This document shows positions 39,233 through 48,780 of a DNA stretch of 64,000 nucleotides, in pieces. Below the pieces are notes generated by a model. That model was given only the letters and a program-made list of their open reading frames with translations. It ran no database searches and had not been told where the DNA came from. Made by a program: the position numbers and the translations under genes. How positions within the stretch are numbered: the stretch's first letter is position 1; the number at the start of each line of letters is the position of its first letter. The DNA lies in contig CAZMIZ010000001.1 in assembly GCA_964566925.1 (NCBI GenBank), positions 71,248 to 135,247 on the forward strand, given 5' to 3'. Source of the stretch: an uncultured Gammaproteobacteria bacterium. GTDB lineage: Bacteria; Patescibacteriota; Microgenomatia; PFEM01; DATLAM01.

Positions 39233-40942
39233 GTGAGAGAAAAAATACTAGCTCTCCTTAGTTTAATCGCTCTTCTGATTGTTTTACCTTTAGCCATTTT
39301 TTTGACTCAACGGCAACAAACTTATCAAAGTCAAGCTTTAATCATTGATCAAGCCCCATATGGAATGAATACCAGCCTCTTTTGGAGCAGCCTCTTTCCA
39401 GAAAATAAATGGGAAACAGCTATTGAGAAAATGGCTCAAGCCGGAGTAAAATTTAATCGAACGACTATTATCTGGTCATTAATTCAGCCGAATGAAGGAG
39501 AATGGAATTGGGAGAAACATGATCGGCTCATTGACCTCCTCACTAGCAAAGGCATTTCTCCTTTAGGTTATTTTTATTTTACTCCCAGCTGGGCTTGGAA
39601 ATACCCTGATTGTGACCAAGCCCGTTGGAGGGGTCGAATTTGTGCTCCTCGATCTGATGCTTGGAGAAATTTCGTCAAAAAAACAGTTGAGCGCTATGGT
39701 TGTGGGCCTGGCGGTAAATGCCAAATCAAATACTGGGAAATTTGGAACGAGCCCAATAACAACAAAACTAACAGCGAAGATTGTAGTGGCGGCGGTATCA
39801 GTCTTTGTGGCACCCTGGACGACTACTTCAGAATGCTTCGCGTAGCTTATAAAGCCATCAAAACAGCCGATCCTAACGCCACGGTGGTCATGGGAGGTCT
39901 GGGGCAATTAAGCACATTAGAAAATAAATTTTTAGATCAGCTTCTAGCAAAAAAATACCAGAATAAACCTTGTGGTGATTTTTTTGATGTCTTTAATATT
40001 CACCATTATTATCAGCCTGGGAACCCCCAATCTGTTTTGAATGGACTGGAAAGAGTTCAACAATTAAAACAAAAATATGGCCTTACTGGTAAACCAGTTT
40101 GGGTCACCGAGTTAAATAGAGCAAGAAATAACTGCACTCCTTTGGCTGAGGCCGCTCAAGATCAAAAAAAAGCGATCACTCTTCTTCTTGAAAATGGAGC
40201 TGCTAAGGTTTTCTGGTTCAAACTTGAAAGCACAGCCGAAGAAGAATGCGGTTATCCAGGGATTCTTCAAAGTAATAGTTATACTAAACTTCAACCACTC
40301 TACCGGGCTTATCAGGCCATTGCTGGAGTTACCCCTATACCGACGTTAATGCCGCCAGGGAGTCTAACCGCCACGCCAACCGCTACACCTTCACCAACAC
40401 CTTCACCAACGCCAACATCAACACCCACGCCCTTACCGACCACCACACCGACAACGACGCCGACTCAAACCCCAAGCACAGCCAATTTAAATTTTCAGAT
40501 AAGGTTGCAGGGAATTGGTCAACAGAGACTAGATAAAACCGTAAAAATTACTCTGAAAAAAGATGACACCCTGGTTGATGTTTATGAAAACGTGGGCATC
40601 AGTTCGGACCAGGATGGTATCTATAGTGGTCGATTAATGAATATTCAGCCAGATACCTATGATATCTACATTAAAGGCTGGGTTCACTTGCAGAAAAAGT
40701 TCGAAAATATTACCCTGGTAGAAGGAGAAAACAGTCAAGACTTTTCCGACGTTATTCTTTTAGCCGGAGATATTGACAACATAGGGAATAACCGGGTCGA
40801 TGCCGTGGATATAGCGATTGTTATTGATCATTATTTTCCAGACACACCCGTAGATAGCCCGGCTGATCTAAATCTTGATGGTAAAGTCAATGCGATTGAT
40901 ATCGGCCTCATGATTGAAAACTATCTTAAACAGGGAGGTTAA
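39233..40942 (+). CDS. Exported clan GH-A glycoside hydrolase with PT linker, beta domain and C-terminal dockerin
   Basis: N-terminal TM; WEIWNEP acid/base and PVWVTE nucleophile; PT linker; GDIDNIGNNRVDAVDI...ADLNLDGKVNAIDI duplicated Ca-binding repeats. Start could be 39203. Confidence 0.85.
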   Translation: MREKILALLSLIALLIVLPLAIFLTQRQQTYQSQALIIDQAPYGMNTSLFWSSLFPENKWETAIEKMAQAGVKFNRTTIIWSLIQPNEGEWNWEKHDRLIDLLTSKGISPLGYFYFTPSWAWKYPDCDQARWRGRICAPRSDAWRNFVKKTVERYGCGPGGKCQIKYWEIWNEPNNNKTNSEDCSGGGISLCGTLDDYFRMLRVAYKAIKTADPNATVVMGGLGQLSTLENKFLDQLLAKKYQNKPCGDFFDVFNIHHYYQPGNPQSVLNGLERVQQLKQKYGLTGKPVWVTELNRARNNCTPLAEAAQDQKKAITLLLENGAAKVFWFKLESTAEEECGYPGILQSNSYTKLQPLYRAYQAIAGVTPIPTLMPPGSLTATPTATPSPTPSPTPTSTPTPLPTTTPTTTPTQTPSTANLNFQIRLQGIGQQRLDKTVKITLKKDDTLVDVYENVGISSDQDGIYSGRLMNIQPDTYDIYIKGWVHLQKKFENITLVEGENSQDFSDVILLAGDIDNIGNNRVDAVDIAIVIDHYFPDTPVDSPADLNLDGKVNAIDIGLMIENYLKQGG

Positions 40943-41511
40943 TGAAAGAAAAAATAAAAATAGCTATTCTCATCTTTCTAGGTTTAATCCTGGCGCTCGG
41001 CTGTATCGCCTGGAGTTTGAAGGGCGAGTGGAAATTAATAAACCAAAACAGGATCGCTGAAATAATTCCCTCGGCTAAAAAAGAAATTCTCCCAGTCGTC
41101 TCCCTCGCCATCGACCCCCAGGAAAAGACCCTCTATCAGGGTGGTGATTTCACGGCTGACATCATGCTTGAAAGTGAAGAGGAACTCTTGGCAGTTGACC
41201 TTTTCCTTTCTTACGATCCCCAAATCCTTAGTCTAGAAAAAATAACACCAGGTAAGTTTTTCCCATCGCCTCAAGAATTTTCCAAAGAAATAAAAGAAGA
41301 GGAAGGGAAAATTTTCTACGCCCTTGGTTCTCTTTCGCCCACTAGTGGTAAAGGGATTCTTGTTTCTTTAACTTTTCAAGGCAAAATGAGCGGCGACCAA
41401 GGAACCGTTGGGCTAACCGAAGAAACTTTAGTCTCAACCAAAGGAGGGGAAGAAGTAAATATCGAGTTGTCGAGAGAGGGCCGATACTCTATACTAGAAC
41501 TAGTGAAATGA
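40942..41511 (+). CDS. Membrane-anchored single-cohesin protein
   Basis: TM then GGDFTADI...VDLFLSYDPQIL...GKGILVSLTF cohesin pattern. Confidence 0.8.
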   Translation: MKEKIKIAILIFLGLILALGCIAWSLKGEWKLINQNRIAEIIPSAKKEILPVVSLAIDPQEKTLYQGGDFTADIMLESEEELLAVDLFLSYDPQILSLEKITPGKFFPSPQEFSKEIKEEEGKIFYALGSLSPTSGKGILVSLTFQGKMSGDQGTVGLTEETLVSTKGGEEVNIELSREGRYSILELVK

Positions 41512-42317
41512 AGAAAAAAATCTTAGCGGTTGTTATCCTCCTGGTGATGCTGGCCTCTATTCCAGTCGCGGTTTATTTGGTTAAAAAACGACAAGAGATT
41601 CAACTAAGAGCCGCTCCAGCCACTGTTCTTTCTTTAATTCCTGCCGCTGAAGCCTATGACACTGGTGAAACTTTCACCGTTAACGTCTCTATTGATACCG
41701 GAGAAAATCTAGTGGTCAGCGCCGATATAGTTCTAAGCTACGACCCAACCATTTTAGAGGCCCAAAGTGTCGTCTTAGGAAGCTTCCTTCCCAATGCTAA
41801 CGAAATTAATAACATTGTCAATAACGATACCGGGAAAATTACCTACAGCTTCTATACAATGCAAGAAAATGCCCAACAAGGGGAAGGAATCATTGCCTCA
41901 ATCTCTTTTAAGGGTATCGCGGCCGGAACCAGTTCGGTGATTTTCGACGAAACTCAAAGCGCGATTGGCGGCATTAACGAAAGCCAAAACGTCCTGGCCG
42001 ATACCGTCCTTGGCTCTTATCTAATTGCTGAGGCTCAAGCAACGGCCACTGTGACCCCCACTCCCACTATTGAGGGAGATGAAAATGGTGTTGGTGGTGG
42101 AGAAGAGCCTACTGCGACCGCAACTCCAACTCCGACTGAAGAAGATGAAGAAGAGCCAACCGCTACGCCCACCCCAACGACGACTGAAGAAGAAACACCC
42201 ACGCCGACCACTGCTGAAGAACTTCCAGAAGCCGGCATTCCCACCCCCACCTTTTTCCTTTTGATCGGAGGCGGAATCCTACTGATCTTAAGTTTTTTTC
42301 GCCTTCTGTTATACTAG
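41508..42317 (+). CDS. Cohesin protein with PT/E linker and C-terminal LPEAG sorting signal
   Basis: GETFTVNV...ADIVLSYDPTIL...GEGIIASISFK; LPEAG followed by a TM. Confidence 0.85.
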   Translation: MKKKILAVVILLVMLASIPVAVYLVKKRQEIQLRAAPATVLSLIPAAEAYDTGETFTVNVSIDTGENLVVSADIVLSYDPTILEAQSVVLGSFLPNANEINNIVNNDTGKITYSFYTMQENAQQGEGIIASISFKGIAAGTSSVIFDETQSAIGGINESQNVLADTVLGSYLIAEAQATATVTPTPTIEGDENGVGGGEEPTATATPTPTEEDEEEPTATPTPTTTEEETPTPTTAEELPEAGIPTPTFFLLIGGGILLILSFFRLLLY

Positions 42318-42326
42318 TCTCGGAAA

Positions 42327-43733
42327 ATGAAATCTCGTTTAAACCGAAGACAGTTTGTCTCCTTGATTGGTTTAATTTTTCTTCTCTCACTTCTACCCAA
42401 AACCTTAAACCTCGTCCAAACAGTTCAATATTATTTAAGCGAGGCAACTGGGGTTAAAGCCAACATTGTGGTTGACACCAAGGCAGTTTTAGGACCCATG
42501 GAAAAGCCTTGGCAAGCCTTGGCCCAGGGCGGCGAAGAAAAAGAAGAAATGCTCGAACCGGTGATCAATGAGATTCGTCATCTCTATCCCCGCTACCTTC
42601 GGATTGACCATCTTTACGATTTTTATGATGTTGTTGGCAGGACTGATGGGATGCTTGTTTATAATTGGGTAAGGCTGGACAAGATCGTCGACGACATTCT
42701 TGCGACTGGCGCCGCTCCTTTTTTTTCTCTTTCTTATATGCCCGCTGTAATTTCTTCAAATGACAGCGTCAGCTCACCAATCAGCTGGGAAGAGTGGTCT
42801 CAAGTAGTCGAAGCGACGGTTGAACATTTCTCTGGACGAAAAGAAAAAAACCTCTCCGATGTTTATTATGAAGTCTGGAATGAGCCGGATCTTTTTGGTC
42901 AATGGAAAATTGGTCAAGAACCAAACTATTGTTCTCTCTATCAATACGCTCTCTTGGGAGCTTCTCGGGCAGAAAATGTCAATTCATTCAAAATCGGAGG
43001 GCCAGCCATTACCTCCCTGGACACAGACTGGCTTAATCAATTTCTAGATTGTATTGAGAAGAACAATCTCCGGCTTGATTTTATTTCTTGGCACCGTTAT
43101 ACCCGCCAGTTAGAGGTTTTTGAAAAAGACCTGAAAAGGCTTAACCGTTGGCTCTGGCAACACCCCCGATTTCTTAATTCAGAAAAAATTATCACCGAGT
43201 GGGGGTCCGATCCGGGAAATCATGACAACCACGACTCTTTCTTCGATGCCGTCCATACAATTGCTGTTATCCGCCAGCTTCTAGGTCAAGTTAATCTTGC
43301 CTTCAGCTTTGAAGTTAAAGATGGGCTTGATCCCGAAGGAAGAGAATATTGGGGCAGATGGGGGCTGCTAACCCATGAATCTTTTGGAAAACATAAAAAA
43401 CCCCGCTATTATGCCCTAGAATACCTAAATAAACTGGGAAAGGAGAGACTTTCTCTCTCAGGTGAAGGCACTTGGGTCAGGGGATTGGCCACCAAAGAAG
43501 GAGAGACAATCATTCTTCTTTTAGTTAATTATGACCCTTATTCTCGCCACTACGAAGAGGTTCCTCTTACTCTGGCCAACCTTGAACAAGCCACTTATTC
43601 TTATCAGGAGACCTTTCTTTTGGGAATTAATAAAACTAGTAAAGAAAAAGTTACTGCCCCCGGCCTAATAAAAAAAATTACCCTGCCGCCCAACAGTGCT
43701 GTCTTGATTCAATTAATTAAAGAGCCATTTTAG
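42327..43733 (+). CDS. Exported GH39-like glycoside hydrolase
   Basis: LSYMP, YEVWNEPD, KIGGP, DFISWHRY, IITEW. Confidence 0.85.
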   Translation: MKSRLNRRQFVSLIGLIFLLSLLPKTLNLVQTVQYYLSEATGVKANIVVDTKAVLGPMEKPWQALAQGGEEKEEMLEPVINEIRHLYPRYLRIDHLYDFYDVVGRTDGMLVYNWVRLDKIVDDILATGAAPFFSLSYMPAVISSNDSVSSPISWEEWSQVVEATVEHFSGRKEKNLSDVYYEVWNEPDLFGQWKIGQEPNYCSLYQYALLGASRAENVNSFKIGGPAITSLDTDWLNQFLDCIEKNNLRLDFISWHRYTRQLEVFEKDLKRLNRWLWQHPRFLNSEKIITEWGSDPGNHDNHDSFFDAVHTIAVIRQLLGQVNLAFSFEVKDGLDPEGREYWGRWGLLTHESFGKHKKPRYYALEYLNKLGKERLSLSGEGTWVRGLATKEGETIILLLVNYDPYSRHYEEVPLTLANLEQATYSYQETFLLGINKTSKEKVTAPGLIKKITLPPNSAVLIQLIKEPF

Positions 43734-45424
43734 GCAGCTTCCTCCAGGGGCGGCTCCGAAAGAGGTGGGGTTTTAGTTTCTCTAAGCCTCCATAAAAGTT
43801 TGACTAAAACTTTCAGCTCCTTAACCCTCAGAAGAAAAGTAAAAGTAAGGTAAAAAACTCCCCCTATCAAGGCCACCAAAAAAGTCAGATAGATTAAATT
43901 TAGAGTGTAGCGCGTATCCAAAACAAAACGATCGAAGCTGGTTGGTAAAACTAGCCCAAATCTGCCTAAAAAGGAAAGTTTTTTATCCCAAGCAGCGCGG
44001 TCAAGAATTTTTAAGAAGAAAAACATCGCCCCGCCGGAAACAAGAGAAGAAAAAAGAATTTTACTAAAAGGTAAAATTAGCTCCTTTTTCCCAAAGCCTC
44101 CAACTCGCCGATCAAGAAAGAAAAGGAGGGTTATTGCTTGAAGAACTGAACTTAAAGAAAAGGCAAGGGCTAAGCCCCAAATAGGCCAATGAAAAACCAA
44201 AACAAAGATGAAACCCAAAAAAATATTTAGGAAAATCGAAGCAATGGAAATCCTAACCGGTGTGACGGCGTCATGAAGGGCATAAAAAGCTCGATTAAGA
44301 AGATAAATTGTTGCTTGAGAAAATATTCCTAAAGAAAAAGCGGATAAAGCGTAACCTGTTTGGACAGTTGAAGTCCAGGTGAACCGAGCCGCCCCAAAAG
44401 TCAGCCGGACAATCGGAATTCGTAAAACAGCTAAAAGGACGGCACACGGAACCACTAAAAAAAGGATTTCGTTAAAAGAGGAGAGGAAAGTTTTTTTAAA
44501 TCGAATCAATTTTTTCTCTACCGCCTGATAAGAAAGCGTCGGCAGGGCAGCTTTAGCAATACTAATCCCAAATAGTCCCACTGGCAAAAGTTGAAGAGAA
44601 TCAGCAAAAGTAAAATAAGTATAAGCAGCCGTGGAAATCAATGAGGCTAAGAAAAGCTCAACACTTTTCCCTAGTTGAAGAAAAGAAAGTTCAATTACCC
44701 TCGGGAGAGCTAAGCGGCCAATCTCTTTTACTCCGGGATGAGAGAAATCTAAAACCTTTCGGAACCGAAAACCAAGATGGGAAGCCAAAGGAAGTTGGAT
44801 TAAAAAATGAAGAAAGGCGCCAATCAGGGCTCCAAGGGTAGGAGCGTAAATACCAAAAGAGTTTGAGAAAAAAACTGTCCCTAAAATGATCCCGAGATTA
44901 TAGAGTAAAGGCGCCAGGGCGGGCACAAGAAACCGCTGAAGCGATTCTAAGACTCCGGTTAAAAAATAACTTAAAACAAAAAACCCTTGGGCAAGGAGGA
45001 GAATTCTAGTCAAGGAAACAATTTGTTCCACCTGATCTGGAGTAAAACCGGCAGCGATCAATTGGTAAACCGGTTGAGCAAAAACGAAAACTAGAACGGC
45101 TAAAAGAGCAAAGATTAAGATGGCCAAATTAAGAGCAGCAGCAGCCACATACCAAGCCTCTTTCTTTTTCTTTTGAGAAAGATAACCAGTAAAAGTGGGA
45201 ATAAAAGCTGAAGAAAGAGCGCCAAAAACTAGAACCTCAAAGATGACTTCAGGAAGACGGAAAGCAGCAAAATAAATAGAGAGAGTCTCCACCGAGAAAA
45301 AGTGAGCCAGAACTCGATTGCGAACTAAACCTAAAACTCTCGAAGCAGCGATCATTACCATAATTACCGTCGCTGCTGAGAGAATTGTCGTTTGACGTCG
45401 GGTGAAAAAATTGGAACCAACCAT
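43730..45424 (-). CDS. murJ: Lipid II flippase MurJ
   Basis: SRVLGLVR, AFRLPE, GALSSAFIP, QLLPVGLFG, RAFYALHD. Confidence 0.93.
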   Translation of the reverse strand: MVGSNFFTRRQTTILSAATVIMVMIAASRVLGLVRNRVLAHFFSVETLSIYFAAFRLPEVIFEVLVFGALSSAFIPTFTGYLSQKKKKEAWYVAAAALNLAILIFALLAVLVFVFAQPVYQLIAAGFTPDQVEQIVSLTRILLLAQGFFVLSYFLTGVLESLQRFLVPALAPLLYNLGIILGTVFFSNSFGIYAPTLGALIGAFLHFLIQLPLASHLGFRFRKVLDFSHPGVKEIGRLALPRVIELSFLQLGKSVELFLASLISTAAYTYFTFADSLQLLPVGLFGISIAKAALPTLSYQAVEKKLIRFKKTFLSSFNEILFLVVPCAVLLAVLRIPIVRLTFGAARFTWTSTVQTGYALSAFSLGIFSQATIYLLNRAFYALHDAVTPVRISIASIFLNIFLGFIFVLVFHWPIWGLALAFSLSSVLQAITLLFFLDRRVGGFGKKELILPFSKILFSSLVSGGAMFFFLKILDRAAWDKKLSFLGRFGLVLPTSFDRFVLDTRYTLNLIYLTFLVALIGGVFYLTFTFLLRVKELKVLVKLLWRLRETKTPPLSEPPLEEAA

Positions 45425-45526
45425 TTTGGTAGTTTACAAGGAGGCTAAATGTGATTCCGGCTCCTTCGGAACTTTCGATAATCGCCCTTTACAGGTCGAT
45501 TATACTCTGCTAAAATTCTCTCCGCA

Positions 45527-45808
45527 ATGCCTATAACTCTTTCCGCTAAAAAAGCACTTCGCCGCGATCGGCGGAGGGCGATTGTTAATCGGCGCCTTCG
45601 CGACCAATTAAAAAAGGTGCTTAAGCGGGCACGGAAAAATCCTACTGAAAAACTCCTTAATCAAGCAAACAGTCTTCTCGACCAAGCCGCTAGAAAACGG
45701 ATAATCCATCCTAACAAAGCGGCCCGACTGAAATCAAGGTTATCAAATCCTACCCCAAAAAACAAAACAAAAACGACGACAAAAAAGTTAAAGAAAAAAA
45801 CCTCTTAG
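45527..45808 (+). CDS. rpsT: 30S ribosomal protein S20
   Basis: SAKKALR, IIHPNKAARLKSRL. Confidence 0.95.
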   Translation: MPITLSAKKALRRDRRRAIVNRRLRDQLKKVLKRARKNPTEKLLNQANSLLDQAARKRIIHPNKAARLKSRLSNPTPKNKTKTTTKKLKKKTS

Positions 45809-45854
45809 CCCTTCTTTGACAAAGCTTTCCTAAACAAGCTATACTGAGTTTAAG

Positions 45855-46409
45855 ATGACTGCCCAAAGGCGGGAGATTGAACTAATCCCTAAAGAAAATT
45901 GGGAGAAAAAACCCATCGGCCGACTCCTTAAGTGGGCTTTAACTATTGGTCGCTATATCGTGATTATTACCGAATTAATTGTTATTTTGGCCTTTCTTTC
46001 TCGTTTTAAACTAGACCGAGATCTAACCAGTCTCTACGAAGAAATTGAACAAAAGCAAGCCATCGTTGATTCTGCCAGCGATCTAGAAAACGACTTCCGT
46101 TTTCTCCAAAAAAGATTAACAACTATCCAGAATTTGGAGAAAAAACAGCTCGAGGCAGCCCAAGTGATGGAAGAAGTAACCTCCCTTACTCCACTGGACG
46201 TCTCGTTCAGTGATTTTTCTTCAACCGCCGAAGGTGTAAATTTCACCGCCACCGCCCTCTCGGAAGCTGGTCTAGCCACCTTCTTGAGTAATCTAAAAAA
46301 TTCTGGTCATTTTGAAGATCTAAATCTAACTCAGGTCTCTTTAAATACCGAGGAGAAGCTGGGTATTCAATTCAGTCTAAGTGCAAAACTATTAAAACCT
46401 ATTCCTTAA
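45855..46409 (+). CDS. pilN: Type IV pilus assembly protein, PilN-like
   Basis: IELIP (INLLP-like) N-terminus, TM, coiled coil, ferredoxin-like C-terminus; TTGACA-18-TATACT promoter. Confidence 0.75.
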   Translation: MTAQRREIELIPKENWEKKPIGRLLKWALTIGRYIVIITELIVILAFLSRFKLDRDLTSLYEEIEQKQAIVDSASDLENDFRFLQKRLTTIQNLEKKQLEAAQVMEEVTSLTPLDVSFSDFSSTAEGVNFTATALSEAGLATFLSNLKNSGHFEDLNLTQVSLNTEEKLGIQFSLSAKLLKPIP

Positions 46410-46412
46410 ACA

Positions 46413-47069
46413 ATGGCTATTAGTCTTGGAAAAGGATACTCTCGCCACCGACATTATCTCGTCAACCTGGGCACGCTTTATAAGAAAAAACAGGTCCGAA
46501 CTTATACTGGATTAATTTTGTCTCTTTTATCCATTGCTTTCTTTGCCCTCTTTGCTATTCGGCCTACCCTAATTACTATCGCTTCGCTGATAAAAGAAAT
46601 CGATAACAAGCAAATGATTGCCGAAAAATTAGAAGAAAAAATTAATGCTCTCTCCCGCGCCCGAAGTGAATACATTGATCTCTCTTCTAGTCTTCCCTTA
46701 ATAGAAGAGGCCCTTCCCCAAGAGGCCAACCTTTCCCTTTTTATTCGCCAGCTGGAAACACTGGCTGTTCAGAACGGAGTTATTCTTCGATCAATCCAAT
46801 TTGGCGAAATTAGTCTCCGCGGAGAAAAAGTATCAAAATCTCTTCCGGTCACGACTAAAGAGATAGAATCGCTCCAAGTTCCTTTTAACCTTTCTGTTTC
46901 TGGAAGTTATAAAAATCTCAAAAACTTTCTCCAATCTTTAGAGGAATTACGCCGATTAACTGTTGTTTCTTCTTTCGTTTTTAAAATGGAAAAAGAGAAG
47001 GAAGGTCGATTTTTAGTCTTAAGCATTACCGGAGGAACCTTTTATCTCAACCAAAATAAAACTCAGTAA
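46413..47069 (+). CDS. pilO: Type IV pilus assembly protein, PilO-like
   Basis: TM, coiled coil, ALPQE, VSGSYKNLKNFLQSLEELRR. Confidence 0.8.
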   Translation: MAISLGKGYSRHRHYLVNLGTLYKKKQVRTYTGLILSLLSIAFFALFAIRPTLITIASLIKEIDNKQMIAEKLEEKINALSRARSEYIDLSSSLPLIEEALPQEANLSLFIRQLETLAVQNGVILRSIQFGEISLRGEKVSKSLPVTTKEIESLQVPFNLSVSGSYKNLKNFLQSLEELRRLTVVSSFVFKMEKEKEGRFLVLSITGGTFYLNQNKTQ

Positions 47070-47075
47070 TTAACA

Positions 47076-47387
47076 ATGAAAAAAAGATATTGGAACCGAG
47101 ACCTTTTGATCTTATCAATTTTAACCGTTATTACTGTCTTTAGCTGGGTTACTTTCGAGGTCTATCGAGCCCTTACTCAAATCGAAATCCCCGCTGTTCT
47201 CAAACAACAAATTGAACCACTTAACCCTACTGTTCAAACAGAAATCATCCAAGGTTTAAAGTTAAGAAAATCTTTTTCTACCGACGAGTTGGTTTCTCCC
47301 TCTAACTTACCCGGGCCCAGCCTCGAAGAAGAAACCACGGCAGCCACAGAAAGCAGTGAGGGAGAGGAAGTTTCGGTTATTGATTAA
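47076..47387 (+). CDS. Small bitopic protein in the pilP position
   Basis: One TM and an acidic tail; follows pilO. Confidence 0.6.
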   Translation: MKKRYWNRDLLILSILTVITVFSWVTFEVYRALTQIEIPAVLKQQIEPLNPTVQTEIIQGLKLRKSFSTDELVSPSNLPGPSLEEETTAATESSEGEEVSVID

Positions 47388-47415
47388 AACCTTTATTATT
47401 AATAAAGGAGGTTCT

Positions 47416-48780
47416 TTGTTAAAAATAAGACGATTCCCCACGATTATCGGGCTCTTAATTCTTTTAGCTGGCTTAGGCGGGGGCCTCTTTTTGGTCCAAA
47501 AAGCTCAAACATTTTTTCTAAGAGCCGAACCTGGAAGTGCTCCTAACCAAATAAGAATTACTAACATTACTGATCAAAGTTTTACTGTTTCTTGGACGAC
47601 CGATAAAAAGGTGGCTGGCCTGATTCAGTTTGGAGAAACATCTAGATTGGGTTCCGTTCTCGCTGACGATCGCGATCAGCAAGCCGGAGAGATCAGCTTG
47701 TTCTTCACCCACTACGTCACGATCAAAAATCTCAAGGCAGAGACTGATTATTATTTCAAAATTCGCTCCGGCTCAAAAATTTATGATCAAAACGGCCAGC
47801 CTTATCAAACCACCACTGCTCCTACAATCAGTTTCTCTTCGCCCCCAAACGATCCTGCCTATGGAAAGGTAATTGACCAGAGCGGGCAATCAGCCCAAGG
47901 AGCAATCGTTTATCTTTCCCTCGCCAACACGACCCCCCAATCAGCCCTAGTCCAAGAATCAGGTAATTGGGTCATCTCTCTTAATTCGGCTCGATCAGTT
48001 GACCTCAGTTCTTACGCAACCTATGACAAGGCGGCTTCAATAGAAGAAATCCTTGTTCAAGCCGAACAGGGCCTAACAGCCACAGCGGTCACCACCACTA
48101 AAAACGATAGTCCTGTCCCCACCATCACTCTGGGACAGAATTATAATTTTAGGCAAACCAGTGAAGAGTTAGAAATAACCGATCAAGAGAAAAAGGTTAC
48201 CCAAGAAGCGACCCAAGAAGCAAGCCCAACCCCCACTCCAACTTCAGGTTTTTCAGTGGAGTCACCAGAAGCTACCACGTCCCAAGAGTTAGCCATTATT
48301 AATCCGGATGAAGAGGAAGATGTTAATACCCAAAAACCGGCTATTCTAGGAACGGGACCAGCGGGAATTACGCTGGAAATCACTATTGAGTCTACCTCCA
48401 CCTATACCGGAACGGTGACTATTGATGATCAAGGAAATTGGGAGTGGAGTCCGCCTGTTGATCTAGAACCAGGCGAACATACCGTAACCGCTACCTTCAC
48501 CGATGAAGAAGGTAAGAAACATACCGTCAGTCACACTTTTGTTGTCTTGGCAGCTGGCAAAGATGAAGCTCCAGCTATAGAAGCAACCCCTTCGGCTGAA
48601 GCCAGCCCGTCACCAACCCTCACCCCCACTCCAATTCCCGCCACTAGAACCGCCATTCCTTCTACAGAAGGAGGTGTTCCCGATTCTGGATACTTGACAC
48701 CCACTTTCTTAGTCTTCATAATGGGTTTAGGACTTATTTTGATCGGTTTTGTTATAAAGAAGTTCGCTGCCCATGGATGA
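47416..48780 (+). CDS. Surface protein: FN3-like plus Ig-like domains, C-terminal VPDSG sorting-like signal
   Basis: AGGAGG before TTG 47416; ITNITDQSFTVSW...HYVTIKNLKAETDYYF; GNWEW...LEPGEHTV; VPDSG-TM-KK. Confidence 0.8.
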   Translation: MLKIRRFPTIIGLLILLAGLGGGLFLVQKAQTFFLRAEPGSAPNQIRITNITDQSFTVSWTTDKKVAGLIQFGETSRLGSVLADDRDQQAGEISLFFTHYVTIKNLKAETDYYFKIRSGSKIYDQNGQPYQTTTAPTISFSSPPNDPAYGKVIDQSGQSAQGAIVYLSLANTTPQSALVQESGNWVISLNSARSVDLSSYATYDKAASIEEILVQAEQGLTATAVTTTKNDSPVPTITLGQNYNFRQTSEELEITDQEKKVTQEATQEASPTPTPTSGFSVESPEATTSQELAIINPDEEEDVNTQKPAILGTGPAGITLEITIESTSTYTGTVTIDDQGNWEWSPPVDLEPGEHTVTATFTDEEGKKHTVSHTFVVLAAGKDEAPAIEATPSAEASPSPTLTPTPIPATRTAIPSTEGGVPDSGYLTPTFLVFIMGLGLILIGFVIKKFAAHG

